A program made the position numbers and the translations under genes. Shown here piece by piece: positions 35,142 through 38,745 of a DNA stretch of 38,745 bases. This DNA comes from a virus (taxonomy: Duplodnaviria; Caudoviricetes). Under the pieces are notes generated by a model. It was not told where the DNA came from. It saw only the letters and a program-made list of their open reading frames with translations, and did no database searches. The stretch's first letter is position 1. Each line of letters opens with the position of its first letter. The stretch covers positions 1 to 38,745 of IMG/VR virus record IMGVR_UViG_3300011338_000448. One strand, written 5' to 3'.

Positions 35142-36284
35142 TTAATAAATGTCGGCTTTGGTTTTTGATTGAGCCTCTTCCCATGTGAGTTGCGGCCTAT
35201 TGTTTTGAGATAACCAAATGTTTAAATACTCAAATGCTTTTAAGTCTGCTGCTGTTTGTTGATCTTCTGACAGCATATTATATCCGCCGCAAAATCTTGA
35301 TGGCACTCTACTATCCAAACACATTGATGCTTGCCCGAGCCAGGCGATTCGATTCATTTTTGAATTGGTTAAATAATGTTCACAAGAATTTTTCCATTCA
35401 ATAATCAACCTTGAGAGCGCGCGTTCAAATCTCTCAATGTCTGCTAAAAAATCGCGGTATGCAACCTCGCATTCTTCAATTGACATTCCACCCGGAGGCT
35501 TATCAGAATAAAATCCAGCCGGGAAGCATTCCCAATCCTCCCATTCATGAAATATTCTATCTGATTCAATTTCTCCTGATTCTATGTCTGACTCATCAAG
35601 CGATTGGAGTTTTTCATCATTAACGATTGCAGCATCCCACGCTTGGCTGAATTGTTGATCTGAGAAAACATCTTGAAGGCCAGATATCTGACAGAGCCTC
35701 AAAACCTCGTCGCTATCCATTCCTAGCTCTCTCGCAATCCGCTCATCACTCCAATTCCTCTTTTTAAGCTCAATAACAATATCAGACATTGCGTTGACGG
35801 CGTGTTTCCCTCTCGCTCTATTATGGCGAATTGTAGACGCCATACGATCTGTTTTGTCTAATTGCGTTTCTCTAATCTGAACAAGTGGCAAGTACCCGCA
35901 AACTCTCTGTTGAATATTTTCACACTCCTTCCCAACGCGATGCCTGTGAAACCCATCAATTACCTCAAATCTGCCATCAGGATCAGCCATTGATACAATC
36001 GGCTGTGTATACCCATCAGAATCTATCGAAAGTCGCAATAACTCCATTTCAGGCGGAGCAACACTATTCGGGTTGTAATCGTTTGCGTGCACGATATCAT
36101 TTTTTACCCATTTCACAAAATCTACTGGCTCGTTTTTGAATGGGGAAATCTGATGCAATTTAAATCTAATTTGATTTAGCGCATCAATTTTTTGATCTAG
36201 AGGCAACCGATCTATCTTCGCGATAAAATCGTCAAGCGACTTCGGCTCTTGTCTAAATAATTCTAATTGATTTTCTGTATTCAT
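35142..36284 (-). CDS. ibrB: IbrB-like ParB-domain protein with extra C-terminal domain
   Basis: ANDYNPNSVAPPEMELL, DGYTQPIV, IDGFHR, STIRHNRARGKH, HTH; extra FHEWEDWEC..AGFY domain. Confidence 0.85.
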   Translation of the reverse strand: MNTENQLELFRQEPKSLDDFIAKIDRLPLDQKIDALNQIRFKLHQISPFKNEPVDFVKWVKNDIVHANDYNPNSVAPPEMELLRLSIDSDGYTQPIVSMADPDGRFEVIDGFHRHRVGKECENIQQRVCGYLPLVQIRETQLDKTDRMASTIRHNRARGKHAVNAMSDIVIELKKRNWSDERIARELGMDSDEVLRLCQISGLQDVFSDQQFSQAWDAAIVNDEKLQSLDESDIESGEIESDRIFHEWEDWECFPAGFYSDKPPGGMSIEECEVAYRDFLADIERFERALSRLIIEWKNSCEHYLTNSKMNRIAWLGQASMCLDSRVPSRFCGGYNMLSEDQQTAADLKAFEYLNIWLSQNNRPQLTWEEAQSKTKADIY

Positions 36285-36365
36285 ATTTTTTTTTATTTTC
36301 TCTATGCCGGATCCCGTCCGGCGCGGCTACATTCCGATTTTTATTCGGGCATGTAAATCTTTTTT

Positions 36366-36584
36366 TTATTTCATTCCGAAGATTGATTTCAGCGTTTCGA
36401 CATTATCATTTTGTTGATGCTGCCGATATGATCGATCCGGCTGCATCTCCCCATCAAAATAGGCTACATCCCATGTCGTCTCGAACATCTTCCGGAGCCC
36501 GCGCGCGGTCATCGTGACGTTGCCGTCACCGCCGAATGACGGATTGCGGTCGGTGTAGATTTTCCAGAGGCGTTCGCGTGTCAT
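36366..36584 (-). CDS. hypothetical protein
   Basis: 72 aa coupled to the terS stop. Confidence 0.6.
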   Translation of the reverse strand: MTRERLWKIYTDRNPSFGGDGNVTMTARGLRKMFETTWDVAYFDGEMQPDRSYRQHQQNDNVETLKSIFGMK

Positions 36585-37168
36585 GATTTTGCGATTTCGT
36601 CTTTGATTTCCGAGAGTATCTGTTGTGTTCGCTCGTGGAGTTTTTTCCGCAGCGTCACCTCGTCAAGCCCGGCCAAGGCTCCGCTCGCGTCGTTGACAAG
36701 TGCGGCGAGCTTGGCGGTGAAGATCGCGCCGATACGGATGCCGGATTCGCGCACTTCGGACTTGCGAACATATTCTTCGCGCAAAATGGCAAGTTGTATG
36801 TCGAGCTTCTCGCACTCGAGGAGCGCCTTCTTCGTGCGGGCTTCTTGGTAGCTCGCCGGCGTGCGCTCTTCGAGGAACTGCTTGCGCCAGGCGGTTGCCG
36901 ATTCCACGCTGTCCATCGGCATACCTCGCTTTACAAGTTTGTGGATGTTTGGCTGCGACATTCCCCAGAGTGCGGCGAGTTCCTCCTGGGTGATTTTTTT
37001 CCGCCCGTCCTTCTCGTCTGCAAACTCGCTCGCAATCTTCGACTCCCGCGCGGTCAGCGTCTTCCCAGCTCTCAGCTTTGCGATGATGTTCTTCACCTCG
37101 GCCTCGCGGATTTTTTTTGAGAGGTCGGGCGCAGGAGCCTCGTGTTGCGGTTGGGATTTTTTTTTCAT
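36581..37168 (-). CDS. terS: terminase small subunit (Nu1-like)
   Basis: wHTH TQEELAALWGMSQPNIHKLVKRGMP then coiled coil ARTKK...LREEYV. Confidence 0.8.
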   Translation of the reverse strand: MKKKSQPQHEAPAPDLSKKIREAEVKNIIAKLRAGKTLTARESKIASEFADEKDGRKKITQEELAALWGMSQPNIHKLVKRGMPMDSVESATAWRKQFLEERTPASYQEARTKKALLECEKLDIQLAILREEYVRKSEVRESGIRIGAIFTAKLAALVNDASGALAGLDEVTLRKKLHERTQQILSEIKDEIAKS

Positions 37169-37221
37169 TCAAGCCGCTTGGGTTTTTTTAATAATTTGCA
37201 CTCGGCGAGGCAAATCGCTCA

Positions 37222-38070
37222 TCAGATATTAGACGCTCTCCCTCCCGAGTGAATCTCATGGGCGTCCGGACGGAAACGCGATTCGACTTTAGTGCGCCAG
37301 GTTTTTGCGTGAATCAGTTCGGCCTTGTATGGATAGCAGTGTTTCATCGCTTCCATAGCGTAAAAAACAGCAGAGACACGATAGCCTGTGAATTTTGTTT
37401 TTTTGACCTCCGTGCAGCCGTGCATCCATTTTTGACCGTCAAAAATTCCGAGATATCCGTCGCGCTGCGATAATCCTATATTTAACTCCGGGAAAATCAA
37501 CTCTCCACCTATTATGTTTTCTTGGAGAATTAAAACATTGGAAAAGATATTTTTGAAATTCCCGGCATCTCGGTGATATTTGATAGCGGTGTTGATATTG
37601 AGATTAAAGGTTGTAAACGGCGTGTCTCCCAAAACCCAATCCTCCTCGATATTTTGTCGGATAACCTCGCGATGTCGCGCTGCTTCGACTGGCAAAAAGT
37701 TGTCATAGATGTCAGTTATAACATTTGAAAAATCGCGCACTGCATTAAAATATCCACGCTGCTCCAATGTGTGAGCGCTCCAACGACAGATAGGATTTCT
37801 GTGGTTCGTTCTCGGCAGCGCTCCATAAATTGCGGATCGCGTTTTTAAGCCATTCGAGCGAGTGCCTTCTATAAATGGCGATTTGTGAGAAATTTCTCTA
37901 ATTGTTTTCAGTAAATTTTTATCCAATCGTTTGTAGATTCCAACAATGTTCTCCCCTGCATAAATGATGCAGTCCTCATCAATTATTTCAGAACAATGAG
38001 AGAGTTCTGCCTGTTTTTTCAAAAATTTCGAATCGTCAACGAGTTTCGGTGTGATAATTATTTTTTTCAT
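37222..38070 (-). CDS. TET/JBP-family 2OG-Fe(II) dioxygenase (5-methylpyrimidine oxygenase)
   Basis: PFTTFNLNIN..IKYHRDAGN, GGELIFPE, FDGQKWMHG, RVSAVFY. Confidence 0.85.
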   Translation of the reverse strand: MKKIIITPKLVDDSKFLKKQAELSHCSEIIDEDCIIYAGENIVGIYKRLDKNLLKTIREISHKSPFIEGTRSNGLKTRSAIYGALPRTNHRNPICRWSAHTLEQRGYFNAVRDFSNVITDIYDNFLPVEAARHREVIRQNIEEDWVLGDTPFTTFNLNINTAIKYHRDAGNFKNIFSNVLILQENIIGGELIFPELNIGLSQRDGYLGIFDGQKWMHGCTEVKKTKFTGYRVSAVFYAMEAMKHCYPYKAELIHAKTWRTKVESRFRPDAHEIHSGGRASNI

Positions 38071-38681
38071 TTTGGTAATTGCTGAAATGTTTTATTTAAA
38101 CAGTGCAATAGGATGTCTGTGTTGTTATCTAAATCATTTGCCGCTCCAACTCTCTCGAGCATGTTCTTGACCTCATCATACCTGTCGATCTCCACATAAA
38201 TTTCAAATTTCTTAACCCCGCCATTCAAATACTCGTTTTGCATTTCCTCTGACATCTGTGCACCAGTGTCATGCTTTAATGCTGGCTGAAGGAAATCCTC
38301 CAATTCGCCATCCGAGAAACCAATGCTCTCAAAATTTATATCGTCCTCAATTAAATCACTGATCTCAAGTTTGAGCATTTCCATATCCCACCCGCCGCCG
38401 ATTTCGGCGAGACGGTTGTCGGCCAGGATGTAGGCTCGGCGTTGTGAGTCCGTTAGATGGCCGAGGCGGATGCAGGGGACGTCAGGAAGGTTGAGCTGCT
38501 GCGCGGCCATCACGCGACCATGGCCCGCGATAATGCCATTGTCTCTGTCAATCAGCACCGGGTTGTTAAATCCAAACTCCTTAATCGAGCCGGCGAGTTT
38601 AGAGACTTGCGCGGCATCGTGTTTTTTCGCGTTTCGGGCGTATGGAATTAGTTTGTCGGTTGGCAGTTTTTCGATCTTCAT
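38067..38681 (-). CDS. ParB N-terminal-domain protein
   Basis: LIPYARNAKKH, SIKEFGFNNPVLID, IIAGHGR, YILADNR; no methylase domain attached. Confidence 0.88.
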   Translation of the reverse strand: MKIEKLPTDKLIPYARNAKKHDAAQVSKLAGSIKEFGFNNPVLIDRDNGIIAGHGRVMAAQQLNLPDVPCIRLGHLTDSQRRAYILADNRLAEIGGGWDMEMLKLEISDLIEDDINFESIGFSDGELEDFLQPALKHDTGAQMSEEMQNEYLNGGVKKFEIYVEIDRYDEVKNMLERVGAANDLDNNTDILLHCLNKTFQQLPK

Positions 38682-38733
38682 TTGGAATTTTTATAACTGG
38701 GCATTTTTTGCCTATTCATAGGAGAGTTCCGAG

Positions 38734-38745
38734 AGTATGATTACC
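38734..38745. repeat. 12-nt terminal direct repeat (copy 2)
   Basis: AGTATGATTACC identical to 1-12. Confidence 0.8.

Noticed and set aside
36329-36357. Dedicated promoter for ibrB (TTTACA)
   Set aside because: No convincing -10 at proper spacing; left uncalled
35142-38681. ParB genes as a plasmid-prophage partition system
   Set aside because: No ParA ATPase; both ParB domains are coupled to modification-type enzymes

Overview
The window looks like a complete ~38.7 kb tailed dsDNA phage genome (siphovirus-like, lambda-type gpA terminase and portal). Every credible gene lies on the minus strand. The same 12 nt occur at both ends and sit in a lambda-cos-like context. Order in the transcribed direction (38.7 kb to 1): cos; ParB-domain gene; TET/JBP-like dioxygenase; TerS; IbrB/IbrA (ParB + PAPS-reductase-like); TerL; a promoter-driven island of small genes; gpW-like; portal with extra domains; a repeat-rich fibre cluster; protease/scaffold; decoration; major capsid; Mom-like enzyme; three glycosyltransferase genes (one fused to a methyltransferase); head-tail and tail genes with a -1 frameshifted chaperone; tape measure; Cys-rich tail-end genes; lysis; metallophosphoesterase; recombination/replication genes (RuvC-like, Sak4-like, Cas4-like, SSB, iteron-bearing initiator, DnaB). 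I recognised no integrase, repressor, DNA polymerase, tRNA or CRISPR array. Most notable: three independent candidate DNA-modification modules within the packaging/head region, a probable glycosylation cassette, and a TTGACA motif 13-18 nt before many late-gene start codons. All calls come from motif recognition by eye; no searches were run.
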